Below are positions 40,010-48,322 of a stretch of 64,000 bases of DNA, in pieces. The position numbers and the translations under genes were made by a program. Under the pieces are notes generated by a model. The model saw nothing but the letters and a program-made list of their open reading frames with translations, made no database searches and was not told where the DNA came from. The DNA is from an uncultured Gammaproteobacteria bacterium (GTDB lineage Bacteria; Patescibacteriota; Microgenomatia; CAYXHB01; CAZYTL01), in NCBI GenBank assembly GCA_964650355.1, contig CAZYTL010000005.1:23209-87208 (forward strand), written 5' to 3'. Position 1 is the stretch's first letter. Every line of letters starts with the position of its first letter.

Positions 40010-41458
40010 CTACTGTTTTACCACTCTTACCCAATCCCAACAATTCACCTTCCCGTCTCCATTCTGATCTCCGATGGCGCTAAACCAATTGACCAACCAC
40101 GACTTCAAATTAGTCAGGTCTAAAGAAATTTTTTCAATCCGGATTTTGTCAAGTTTGGTGTTCATTTCCCGTCCTTGAAAGCGGAGAGTGTAGACCGGCC
40201 CGTTTGTGAGAGTAAAGATTCGGGGATCAGTTTTAGGCGAATCAAAAGTACCGCTGCCCCGGTAGCTGACCTGATTCCAAACCCAAGAAGTGGGAGGTTG
40301 AGTATCAATGGTTTGGTAGAGGATATCCCAGATGTCAGCAGTAGTAGGAGAGGTTTGGTTGATGGTAACGTAGAAGGAGTTATCGTTACCGGCAGTAGGC
40401 CAGACTCTGCCTGAGACTAAGTAGTCACCAGATTGGGCAACTCTGAATTGGAAGGCGGCGTTTCCATTATCTGCTTGGGAAGAATAGATATATTGACCTC
40501 CGGAAGCCGTGGAGTCAGAGTTGATAGTCATGGAAGATAGTTGCATAGACTCGGCCTCCGATTCATAGGCAGTTTGGATCAGAGCCGGAGTAGGTGTCGG
40601 GCCGGTCGTTGGGGAAGGCGTAGGAGTAGATGTGGGACCTCCCGGACAGGGAGGTCCTCCTTGATCAGGATTCACTTCTGCACAACTGGTACCTCTCCGA
40701 TACTCATCGTGATAGATAATCTCTGTATCACTATAAATGTCTTTGTTTCTATAAATCCCCATCTTCAAATAAGGCCCAGTATTATAATCGTAATCGTAGC
40801 CTACTGGCCCACCGTAATCTAAAACAGGATCCGGATTGCCATCCATCCAAACCCTCACATAATGGTTTCCTGATAGTCGGTAATCAAAACGAGTATTAAA
40901 AATAAAATCATGCCATACTCCCTGTGTTGCTTTTCCAATCCATTTATCCTGATTAGATCCTTCTGTAGATCTGATGCCAATATAAAAATCGCCCCCATAA
41001 ATGTACTGCAAGCTTAAAATCGGGCTATCTCCTCCGGTAGCCGCATGCCATTGGGCTATTATATTAAATCTGTAAGAACCATTTGGCTGATACCTAGGGT
41101 CAATATATACTGAAAACCCCTGCCAAACGTCTGTTGAATAAGGGATTTTGTCTTGATCATTAGCTCCATTTAACATAATTTCGGAGCGTTCATTTCCTCC
41201 CATGGGGTTTGGTGTGGGTATGTTTCCATCTCGCACTATGTTTCGCACCGCATATTTGCCGCTTCTTACCGGACTGGTTACCACCTGCGTCGAATCGGTA
41301 CAACAATGGCCACCATCTCGCCACCCGCTTAAATCCCCACTCTCAAAATCCAACACCTTGTGTTGAATATATTGAGCTCTTGCTGGGAACACAGCCACAA
41401 ATCCCATTACCCAGCATGCAACCACCAATCCAGCAATTCGCCACCATTTCCTGTCCAT
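40010..41458 (-). CDS. Secreted concanavalin-like putative polysaccharide lyase (PF14099-like jelly roll) with CBM6/35-like module and dockerin-like tail.
   Basis: 482 aa. The lyase block is ERSEIML...QWHAATGGDSPILSLQY. The CBM block is AYESEAESMQLSSMTINSDSTASGGQYIY..FQFRVAQSGDYLVSG..DNSFYVTI. The tail is LKSWLVNWFSAIGDQNGDGKVNCWDWVRVVKQ. Confidence 0.7.
   Translation of the reverse strand: MDRKWWRIAGLVVACWVMGFVAVFPARAQYIQHKVLDFESGDLSGWRDGGHCCTDSTQVVTSPVRSGKYAVRNIVRDGNIPTPNPMGGNERSEIMLNGANDQDKIPYSTDVWQGFSVYIDPRYQPNGSYRFNIIAQWHAATGGDSPILSLQYIYGGDFYIGIRSTEGSNQDKWIGKATQGVWHDFIFNTRFDYRLSGNHYVRVWMDGNPDPVLDYGGPVGYDYDYNTGPYLKMGIYRNKDIYSDTEIIYHDEYRRGTSCAEVNPDQGGPPCPGGPTSTPTPSPTTGPTPTPALIQTAYESEAESMQLSSMTINSDSTASGGQYIYSSQADNGNAAFQFRVAQSGDYLVSGRVWPTAGNDNSFYVTINQTSPTTADIWDILYQTIDTQPPTSWVWNQVSYRGSGTFDSPKTDPRIFTLTNGPVYTLRFQGREMNTKLDKIRIEKISLDLTNLKSWLVNWFSAIGDQNGDGKVNCWDWVRVVKQ
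40150..40640. repeat. Left arm of a roughly 480 bp inverted duplication. It encodes the CBM6/35-like module of 40010 and is G-rich on the plus strand, against the local skew.
   Basis: The reverse complement of 40270-40320 is cctctaccaaaccattgatactcaacctcccacttcttgggtttggaatcag. The matching 43420-43470 reads ctctatcaaaccattgacacccaacctcccacttcttgggtttgggatcag. Confidence 0.65.
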
Positions 41459-41589
41459 ACCTCCACTCTACCGCAACCTAACCTCAACTATCAACCTTTT
41501 CCGCCTCATGATATTCTGTAAATAAGTACTCATCTACCCATTTTTAAAAACTACCAATTCTCTCCTTAATTATTCTTATATGTAAAATC

Positions 41590-43737
41590 ATGAATAAACC
41601 TAAACACCTCTCATTTCTATTTCTTATCAGACTAGCCGTCAAGATTTCACTTTCTCTATTGCTCTTTCTATTTGTTAGTTCTCCGGTTTACGCCCAATCC
41701 ACAGTCACCATTGTTCCCACATTCCAATCTCTGGGCATTTATTGGCAACACTCTCAGGGGTCAAGTACCGCCCAAGTCCAATACCGGCCCTCAGGAACAA
41801 CTACCTGGCACACGGCTCACCCCATGTGGTATGCCGGTAACTCTGAATACCGCAGCAGCATTGTGCTACTAAACCCGGGGACTACATATGAAGTCCGTCT
41901 GACTCTGGGCACTTCCTCAGTCACTACCACCGCCACCACCTGGTCGGAAAACTTCCCCATCGGCCAAACCGTTACCTTGCCCGAAAACACCTCTCAAACC
42001 GTAACCATCAATAATTCAGGCACTGCCAACGGCTATCTGTTATATACCCATCAATCAGGCAAAACCGCCACCATCAATACTACCGCCACCAATAACATCA
42101 GAATCAACGGGTCCTATGTAATTATTCGTGGTTTGACGTTAAAAAACGCCGGCACGGACGCCATCAAAATTAGTAGAGAGTCTCACGACATCATCGTCGA
42201 AAACAATACTGTCACCAACTGGGGCGGATCAGGAAATAGTAATAACATGGCCGCAGCCGTCAGCACCGACCAACCAGGAAATGGTTACAACGCCGGACCT
42301 CGAATTATTATTCAAAACAATCTATTCACTACCCCCAGAGGCAACTCCAATACCTGGGACACTGCTCATCCCCATGGCCCTCAGGGAGTAACCCTGTGGG
42401 AAACCGACGGACAAAACGTCATCCGCAGCAACACCGTCACTTCCAATAATAGCCATTATTATAACGACGGGATCGGCGGAGGCAAAAATTCTAGTACCAG
42501 AGGCAACGTTTACCGCGACAGCGACATCTATAACAACACCGTGAAATATTGTCGGGATGATGGATTAGAAATCGAAGGAGGCAATATGAACGTTAGAATA
42601 TGGAATAACCATATCGATAACTGTTTTGTGGGCATCGCTACTGCAGCTAACCTCACTGGCCCCAATTACATTTTCCGCAACCTGATCACCAACGGCCGCC
42701 AGAGCGATGGCAATATCAAGTCAGCCGCCTTCAAGTTAGGCAGCGGCAGCACCTTTGGCGCCATCTACATTTACCACACCACTGTAAATAACGTCAGAAA
42801 CGGCCTCACCAACTGGGGCGGAGCAGTCTATAACCTCACCGCCAGAAATAACATCTTAAACACAATTCAAGATAGTATCGGCTCTACCATCGCTTCCTCT
42901 AACATTTATGACCACAACACTTGTGCCAATCCTGAAACTGGCTGCACCACCGGCACTGTAGCGTTCGAAAGCGGCTCTTATATTCCCACCTCCAGCATCG
43001 CTGTAGACAAAGGTCTTCCTATTCCTAATTTCAATGATGGCTATCTCGGCTCAGCTCCTGACATCGGCGCTTTCGAAAGAGGCGGTACCGTACCCAATCC
43101 CACAGCGACTCCCACATCTGGCCCTACTCCCACCACTGGTCCGTCGCCCACGCCCCCCCTCATCCAAACCGCCTACGAACTCGAAGCCGAATCCCTGCAA
43201 CTCTCTTCTCCCATGACCATCAACTCTGACTCTTCAGCTTCCAATGGTCAATACATCTCTTCCCCAATAGCTGAACAAGGAATCGCTGCTTTCCAATTCA
43301 AAGTTGCCCAAGATGGTGACTATCTCATCTCCGGTAAGGTTTTCCCTACCGCTGGGAATGATAACTCTCTTTACATCACCATCGATCAGTCCTCTCCCAC
43401 TGCCGCAGATACTTGGGATATTCTCTATCAAACCATTGACACCCAACCTCCCACTTCTTGGGTTTGGGATCAGGTCAGCTACCGGGGCACAGGTACCTTT
43501 GACTCTCCCCAAACTGATCCTCGTATCTTTACTCTCTCTGCCAACCACACCTACGCTCTCTATATCCAGTCCCGGGAAATCAACACCAAACTCGATAAAC
43601 TCCGCATTGAGAAAACTACCACCACTCCACCCACTTTGCAGCAATTTCTCACTCACTGGCTCACCTCTACCTTCGACCAAATCTTAGACGGCCAAGTCAA
43701 CAGCCTAGATTTTTCCCAAATCATAACCAATCTCTAA
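41590..43737 (+). CDS. Secreted beta-helix protein (plus-strand member): FN3-like N-domain, helix rungs, CBM6/35-like module, degenerate dockerin-like tail.
   Basis: 715 aa with a signal peptide. The rungs include IIVENNTVTNWGG and IWNNHIDN. The module AYELEAESLQLSSPMTINSDSSASNGQYISS...FQFKVAQDGDYLISG is about 80% identical to the one in 40010. The tail is LQQFLTHWLTSTFDQILDGQVNSLDFSQIITNL. Confidence 0.75.
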   Translation: MNKPKHLSFLFLIRLAVKISLSLLLFLFVSSPVYAQSTVTIVPTFQSLGIYWQHSQGSSTAQVQYRPSGTTTWHTAHPMWYAGNSEYRSSIVLLNPGTTYEVRLTLGTSSVTTTATTWSENFPIGQTVTLPENTSQTVTINNSGTANGYLLYTHQSGKTATINTTATNNIRINGSYVIIRGLTLKNAGTDAIKISRESHDIIVENNTVTNWGGSGNSNNMAAAVSTDQPGNGYNAGPRIIIQNNLFTTPRGNSNTWDTAHPHGPQGVTLWETDGQNVIRSNTVTSNNSHYYNDGIGGGKNSSTRGNVYRDSDIYNNTVKYCRDDGLEIEGGNMNVRIWNNHIDNCFVGIATAANLTGPNYIFRNLITNGRQSDGNIKSAAFKLGSGSTFGAIYIYHTTVNNVRNGLTNWGGAVYNLTARNNILNTIQDSIGSTIASSNIYDHNTCANPETGCTTGTVAFESGSYIPTSSIAVDKGLPIPNFNDGYLGSAPDIGAFERGGTVPNPTATPTSGPTPTTGPSPTPPLIQTAYELEAESLQLSSPMTINSDSSASNGQYISSPIAEQGIAAFQFKVAQDGDYLISGKVFPTAGNDNSLYITIDQSSPTAADTWDILYQTIDTQPPTSWVWDQVSYRGTGTFDSPQTDPRIFTLSANHTYALYIQSREINTKLDKLRIEKTTTTPPTLQQFLTHWLTSTFDQILDGQVNSLDFSQIITNL
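43090..43630. repeat. Right arm of the inverted duplication (CBM6/35-like module of 41590).
   Basis: See the 40150-40640 entry. The mirror-image spurious ORFs 40175..40414(+) and 43234..43680(-) both contain VADLIPNPRSGRL. Confidence 0.65.
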
Positions 43738-43842
43738 ACTTGAACGACCTTCACGACCAACTTCTAACTTTAAAATTCTTTCTTCTACCTTCTGATTTCT
43801 AATAACCATTTTCTCAAAAAATGCAACTGTTATACTACACCA

Positions 43843-44652
43843 ATGACGACTTCCGGTCTTTTCCTCATCAACAAGCCACCTGCCTCGCCGAACGCAAGTC
43901 AAGGCAGGCCCGGACCCACCAGCCATGATATCGTCAATATCGCCAGGAAAAAACTCGGCATTAAAACCATCGGCCATACCGGCACCCTTGATCCTTTCGC
44001 TACCGGATTACTGATACTTTTGGTAGGAAAAGCAGCCACCAAACAGCAATCACGTTTCCTCAAACTCGACAAACAATACCTGGCCACCGCCCTCTTCGGC
44101 TACACCAGCGACACCTACGACATTACCGGTTCTATCCACAAATCTGACTCCGAATTTCAAAATCTTAATCCTAAAACTCTTGAATCTAAAATCTTAAATC
44201 TTAAATCTAATTTCACCGGTACCATTCTCCAAACCGTTCCTCCCTTCTCCGCAGTCAAACGTCATGGTCAAAAACTCTACCATCTGGCCAGAAAAGGCCA
44301 AATTAATCTCTCTGACCTCCCTCAACGCCGAGTCACCATTCACAAGTTCACCATCACCAATCAGTCCCCACCCCCAAACCATTTCATCAACAAAGTTATT
44401 AAAACCAACAATTTGACAATTCAACAATTTAACAATCTAACTACTAATTTCCTAATAGAATGTTCCACCGGCACCTACATCCGCTCCCTCATCCACGACC
44501 TTGGCCAAGAAATCGGAATCGGCGCCCTGGTTGCAGCTCTCCACCGCACCCACATCGGTCCCTATACTATCTCCCAAGCTATTCCCCCCGACCAAATAGA
44601 CCCCGAACATATCCGACCGTTGACATTTCCCTCTCAACTCACCAAACTATAA
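43843..44652 (+). CDS. truB: tRNA pseudouridine(55) synthase TruB.
   Basis: [23 protein letters not shown] matches the TruB catalytic-Asp motif. The NKP..TSHD N-terminal motif is also present. Confidence 0.85.
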   Translation: [269 protein letters not shown]

Positions 44653-44722
44653 TAAGTATCAGGTATCTCGTATTATGTATTTAATATATAAAACTAACCT
44701 TCTTAATACCTGATACCTAATA
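44648..44722 (+). terminator. Long imperfect hairpin between truB and gap (taataagtatcaggtat...atacctgatacctaatacttata).
   Basis: Inverted repeat aagtatcaggtat / atacctgatac(c)t visible by eye. It is followed by an A/T-rich tract. Confidence 0.4.
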
Positions 44723-44744
44723 CTTATACCCAATACCATCCATT

Positions 44745-45794
44745 ATGAATCTTGCCATCAACGGCTTCGGTCGCATCGGACGTTTGAGCTTTCGCGTTGC
44801 CCTCCTCCGCCATCAAGATCAATTTGACCAAATCGTCATCAATACCTCTGGTTCCATGCCTGTCGCCGGCTGGGCCCATCTCGCCCAATACGACACCACC
44901 TACAGAAAATTCTCTCAACAAATCCAAGTTGAAGAAGTCAAAACCCCAGACAAAGCCACCGATGAAGATCCTCTCATCGGCTACTTCTCAGTCAACGACA
45001 AAAAGTGTCCTGTTCTTGCTCAACGTGACCCTGTTAAGCTTCCCTGGAAACAATACCAAATCGACGTGGTTATCGAATCCACCGGGGTCTTCCGCGACGC
45101 TGCCGGCGCTCAAAAACATCTGGATGCAGGAGCCCATCACGTCGTCATTTCCGCCCCTACCAAAAGCGATTTCATCCACACTTACGTCCGCAGCGTCAAT
45201 CAAGAACAGGATGAACCCATCATGTCCAATGCCTCTTGTACCACCAACTGCATTTCTCCCATAGCCAAAGTTATCCATAGTCAATTCGGAGTTAAAAAGG
45301 CCTTCATGAACACCATCCACGCCTACACCGATGACCAGAACCTCCAGGATAACTCTCATCGCGACCTCCGCCGTGCCCGAGCCGCCGCCCAAAACATCAT
45401 TCCCACCTCCACCGGCGCCGCCGTTGCCACCACCGAAACCATCCCCGAACTTAAAGGCCTCTTTGATGGTATAGCCCTCCGCGTTCCCGTAGTCACCGGC
45501 TCCATCGCTAGTCTCATCTTCGTCACAGAAAAACCTGTCACCATCGATCAGGTAAACCAAGCACTGGAACAAGCTAGCCAACAACCCAATTATCAGAACA
45601 TCCTTGCCGTCACCCACGAACCCTTAGTCTCTTCAGACATCATCGGTTCTCCTCACTCCGCCATTGTAGACTTGGCATTTACCAAAGTCATTGACCACGA
45701 TCTCGTCAACATCCTTGCCTGGTATGACAACGAATGGGGCTATACCTGCCGCCTGGTAGAACAAGCCATCGCCGCTGCCACTCCCAACCAATAA
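44745..45794 (+). CDS. gap: Glyceraldehyde-3-phosphate dehydrogenase.
   Basis: INGFGRIGR NAD-binding motif, SNASCTTNC active-site Cys motif, and WYDNEWGY. Confidence 0.9.
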   Translation: MNLAINGFGRIGRLSFRVALLRHQDQFDQIVINTSGSMPVAGWAHLAQYDTTYRKFSQQIQVEEVKTPDKATDEDPLIGYFSVNDKKCPVLAQRDPVKLPWKQYQIDVVIESTGVFRDAAGAQKHLDAGAHHVVISAPTKSDFIHTYVRSVNQEQDEPIMSNASCTTNCISPIAKVIHSQFGVKKAFMNTIHAYTDDQNLQDNSHRDLRRARAAAQNIIPTSTGAAVATTETIPELKGLFDGIALRVPVVTGSIASLIFVTEKPVTIDQVNQALEQASQQPNYQNILAVTHEPLVSSDIIGSPHSAIVDLAFTKVIDHDLVNILAWYDNEWGYTCRLVEQAIAAATPNQ

Positions 45795-45906
45795 CTATTT
45801 TCCCGCTTCTTCCCCATTGCCGCCTCTCCCATAAATGGTGTACTTTATTAATAGACCTTTTCTTCAATAGCTTTAAACTTTTCGCTCTTAACTATTAACT
45901 ATCTCT

Positions 45907-47352
45907 ATGCGCATCCTCATTCCCACTTCCGAAGCCGCTCCCATATACAAGGTTGGTGGCTTAGGGGACGTCGTCGGCAGTCTGCCCCGAGCTCTCACCC
46001 AACTCGGCCACGATGTTCGCCTAGTTCTACCTCGCTACTCCCAAATAGAACTTCAGCCGGAACACTGGCATCGTCTTGACCAGTTCCCGGTCATCTATGA
46101 CCACCACCTTCACCAAGTCCAAATCTGGCAAGGATATCTACCCCATACTCAAAACGAATACTCCTCCTCGGGCGTGATCGTCTACCTCTTCGAGGAACCT
46201 CAATACCTCACTCAAAACTATCAGGAAGCTTACACCCAAATTGATCAATTCGCCTTCTTCTCCCAAGCTGTCACCACTTGGTTAGGTGAACACATCACCG
46301 CTTGGCAACCCCAAATCATCCACCTCCATGACTGGCACGTAGCTCTCATTCCCTTGCTTCTTAAACAACAATACCCTCTCGTCAGCCCCCGTTACAAAAC
46401 GCTGCTTACTATTCACAACCTCGCCCACCAAGGCGTTACCCCCAGCCCCATCGTCAACAAGCTCCGACTCGATCCCAGCCTCTGTCAATCTCTTTCCTGG
46501 GACATGGAAAACGGTGATGTAGACATCCTCATGGAAGGCATCATCCACTCAGATCTCGTCAACACCGTCAGCCCTACATACGCTAAAGAAATCCTCACCA
46601 CCGAACACGGCTCCACCTTAGAACCCGTCCTTCAAAGCATCCAAGGCAAACTTTCCGGCATCCTCAACGGCATTGACACCCAAAGATGGAATTCCCAAAC
46701 AGATCCCGCTCTCGTCCAAACCTACACCGTCGATAACTGGCACTCAGGAAAACAAGCCAATAAAACCGCCCTTCAAAAACAAGCCGGCCTTCCCGAAAAC
46801 GCTGACACACCTCTTCTTGGATTCGTCGGTCGTCTTGACCCCATCCAAAAAGGCGTTCACCTCATCCTCGAAGCCATCCGCGCCGGCCGCCTTGCCAACG
46901 ACCACCACCAATTCATTCTCCTGGGCACCGGCGATCCTCAACTTCAGGACCAGCTCCGCCAAACGGCAGAAGCCAACCCCCATTTCTCCGCCCACATCAA
47001 ATTTGACTCCCAACTCGCCAGCCGCATTTACTCCGCTTGTGACTTTCTCATCGTGCCTTCCAAATTCGAACCCTGTGGGCTTATTCAGATGATCGCCATG
47101 CGCTACGGCACCATCCCCATCGTCAGACAAACAGGCGGCCTCATCGACACCGTCAAAGAAGAACAAACCGGCTTTTTATTCCCGGATTACACCATGGAGT
47201 CTATGACCGCGGCCGTCGATAAGGCTCTTGATTACTGCCAGGACTTCCAACGCTGGACCCAACTAGTCACCAATTGCATGACCCAGGATTTTTCCTGGAA
47301 CAACGCCGCCCAAGAATATGTTAAGCTGTATGAAAGACTATTGATCACCTAA
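45907..47352 (+). CDS. glgA: Glycogen/starch synthase (GT5, ADP-glucose type).
   Basis: K-x-GGLGDV motif (KVGGLGDVVGSLPRAL). 481 aa. The C-terminal GT-B motifs are present. Confidence 0.8.
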   Translation: MRILIPTSEAAPIYKVGGLGDVVGSLPRALTQLGHDVRLVLPRYSQIELQPEHWHRLDQFPVIYDHHLHQVQIWQGYLPHTQNEYSSSGVIVYLFEEPQYLTQNYQEAYTQIDQFAFFSQAVTTWLGEHITAWQPQIIHLHDWHVALIPLLLKQQYPLVSPRYKTLLTIHNLAHQGVTPSPIVNKLRLDPSLCQSLSWDMENGDVDILMEGIIHSDLVNTVSPTYAKEILTTEHGSTLEPVLQSIQGKLSGILNGIDTQRWNSQTDPALVQTYTVDNWHSGKQANKTALQKQAGLPENADTPLLGFVGRLDPIQKGVHLILEAIRAGRLANDHHQFILLGTGDPQLQDQLRQTAEANPHFSAHIKFDSQLASRIYSACDFLIVPSKFEPCGLIQMIAMRYGTIPIVRQTGGLIDTVKEEQTGFLFPDYTMESMTAAVDKALDYCQDFQRWTQLVTNCMTQDFSWNNAAQEYVKLYERLLIT

Positions 47353-47364
47353 CAGTAACCACAG

Positions 47365-47410
47365 TTTTTGTTTTTCTGTTACATGTTACGTGTTCCATGT
47401 TACGTGACTT
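47365..47410 (+). promoter_or_regulatory. Four tandem ACRTGTT/ACGTGAC heptads immediately upstream of galT. The core is the same ACGTG as in the family-gene operator sites.
   Basis: ctgttacatgttacgtgttccatgttacgtgactt ATG. Confidence 0.45.
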
Positions 47411-48322
47411 ATGGCCAAATACGTTCCCGATACCTATACCAACCGCTGGGTCATCTTCGCCACTAAACGCGCTTTCCGACCCGACGATCATGCCCCAAAA
47501 GAAAAAAAAGGGCCCAAATCTAAACCTCCTGTTTTGCAAAAAAAACACGGTTACAACTTTCTTTCCTCTTGTCCTTTCTGCATCGGTAATGAACATCTCA
47601 CTCCTCCTGAGGTTACCCGCTGGAGCAGCCACGACGGCCATCCCGAATCCCAAACAGACCATCACTGGCTCGTCAGAGTCATTCCCAACAAATTTCCCAT
47701 CTCCGACATTCACGAGGTAGTCATCCATAGCCCTGACCACCTTCTGGATATCACCTCTCTTCCCGAGTACCACGTTGAAATCATCTTCAAAGTCTTCCTC
47801 CAGCGCTTCCAAGCCCTTTCCCAAAAAGGCACCGTCATCATCTTTACCAACCGGGGCAGTGAGTCAGGAGAATCACTCAACCATCCCCACAGCCAAATTG
47901 TTGTCCTACCTCGTCAAATCAAACTCGAAGTCATCTCTCTCCAACCGGTCAATAACATTATCGAAGAAACCCCTCACTACTACGTCTACTGCCCGGATTT
48001 TTCCCAGTGGCCTTATGAAGTTTGGGTCTCCCTTAAAAAGTTTCACGAACCATCATTCGTTGACCACGACACCGCCCACTTCGACACCATCAGCGAGGAA
48101 GAACTCGCCGAACTCAGCCAAGTCATGCGGCACATCCTCGCTACTCTTAGGTCAAAATTCCCCGACAGCTCCTACAATTATTACATCCATCCCTATAGCC
48201 CCTGGTACGTCCGTATCATCCCCAGATTCGTCACCCGCGCCGGCTTCGAACTGGGTACTGGCATCTACGTCAACGTCAAAGATCCCGCCCTCGCCGCCAG
48301 AGAACTCCGTCCCCAGGAATAA
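47411..48322 (+). CDS. galT: Galactose-1-phosphate uridylyltransferase-like HIT-family nucleotidyltransferase (GalT, or ADP-glucose phosphorylase-like).
   Basis: CPFCIGNEH zinc/Cys motif and HPHSQIVVLP His-Pro-His active-site motif. Confidence 0.7.
   Translation: MAKYVPDTYTNRWVIFATKRAFRPDDHAPKEKKGPKSKPPVLQKKHGYNFLSSCPFCIGNEHLTPPEVTRWSSHDGHPESQTDHHWLVRVIPNKFPISDIHEVVIHSPDHLLDITSLPEYHVEIIFKVFLQRFQALSQKGTVIIFTNRGSESGESLNHPHSQIVVLPRQIKLEVISLQPVNNIIEETPHYYVYCPDFSQWPYEVWVSLKKFHEPSFVDHDTAHFDTISEEELAELSQVMRHILATLRSKFPDSSYNYYIHPYSPWYVRIIPRFVTRAGFELGTGIYVNVKDPALAARELRPQE

Noticed and set aside
40175-43680. ORFs 40175..40414(+) and 43234..43680(-), both containing VADLIPNPRSGRL.
   Set aside because: They are mirror-image artefacts of the inverted duplication, antisense to the CBM-like module coding sequence.
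1-43737. A CRISPR-like array, suggested by a roughly 90-nt sequence recurring at regular multi-kb intervals.
   Set aside because: The repeat is the protein-coding tail module. The spacers are complete 1.5-3 kb genes. Repeat identity is protein-level, not exact nucleotide repeats.
43705-43977. ORF 43705..43977(-), overlapping the truB start.
   Set aside because: It is antisense to the conserved TruB N-terminus and has no supporting context.
768-45617. Many 60-210 aa ORFs antisense to or nested in the large genes, e.g. 768..1043, 5673..6059, 10637..11065, 22078..22569, 44988..45617.
   Set aside because: They overlap long ORFs that carry recognisable domains. They have low-complexity Pro/Ser/His-rich translations typical of antisense reading of biased sequence. 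No start-site context supports them.
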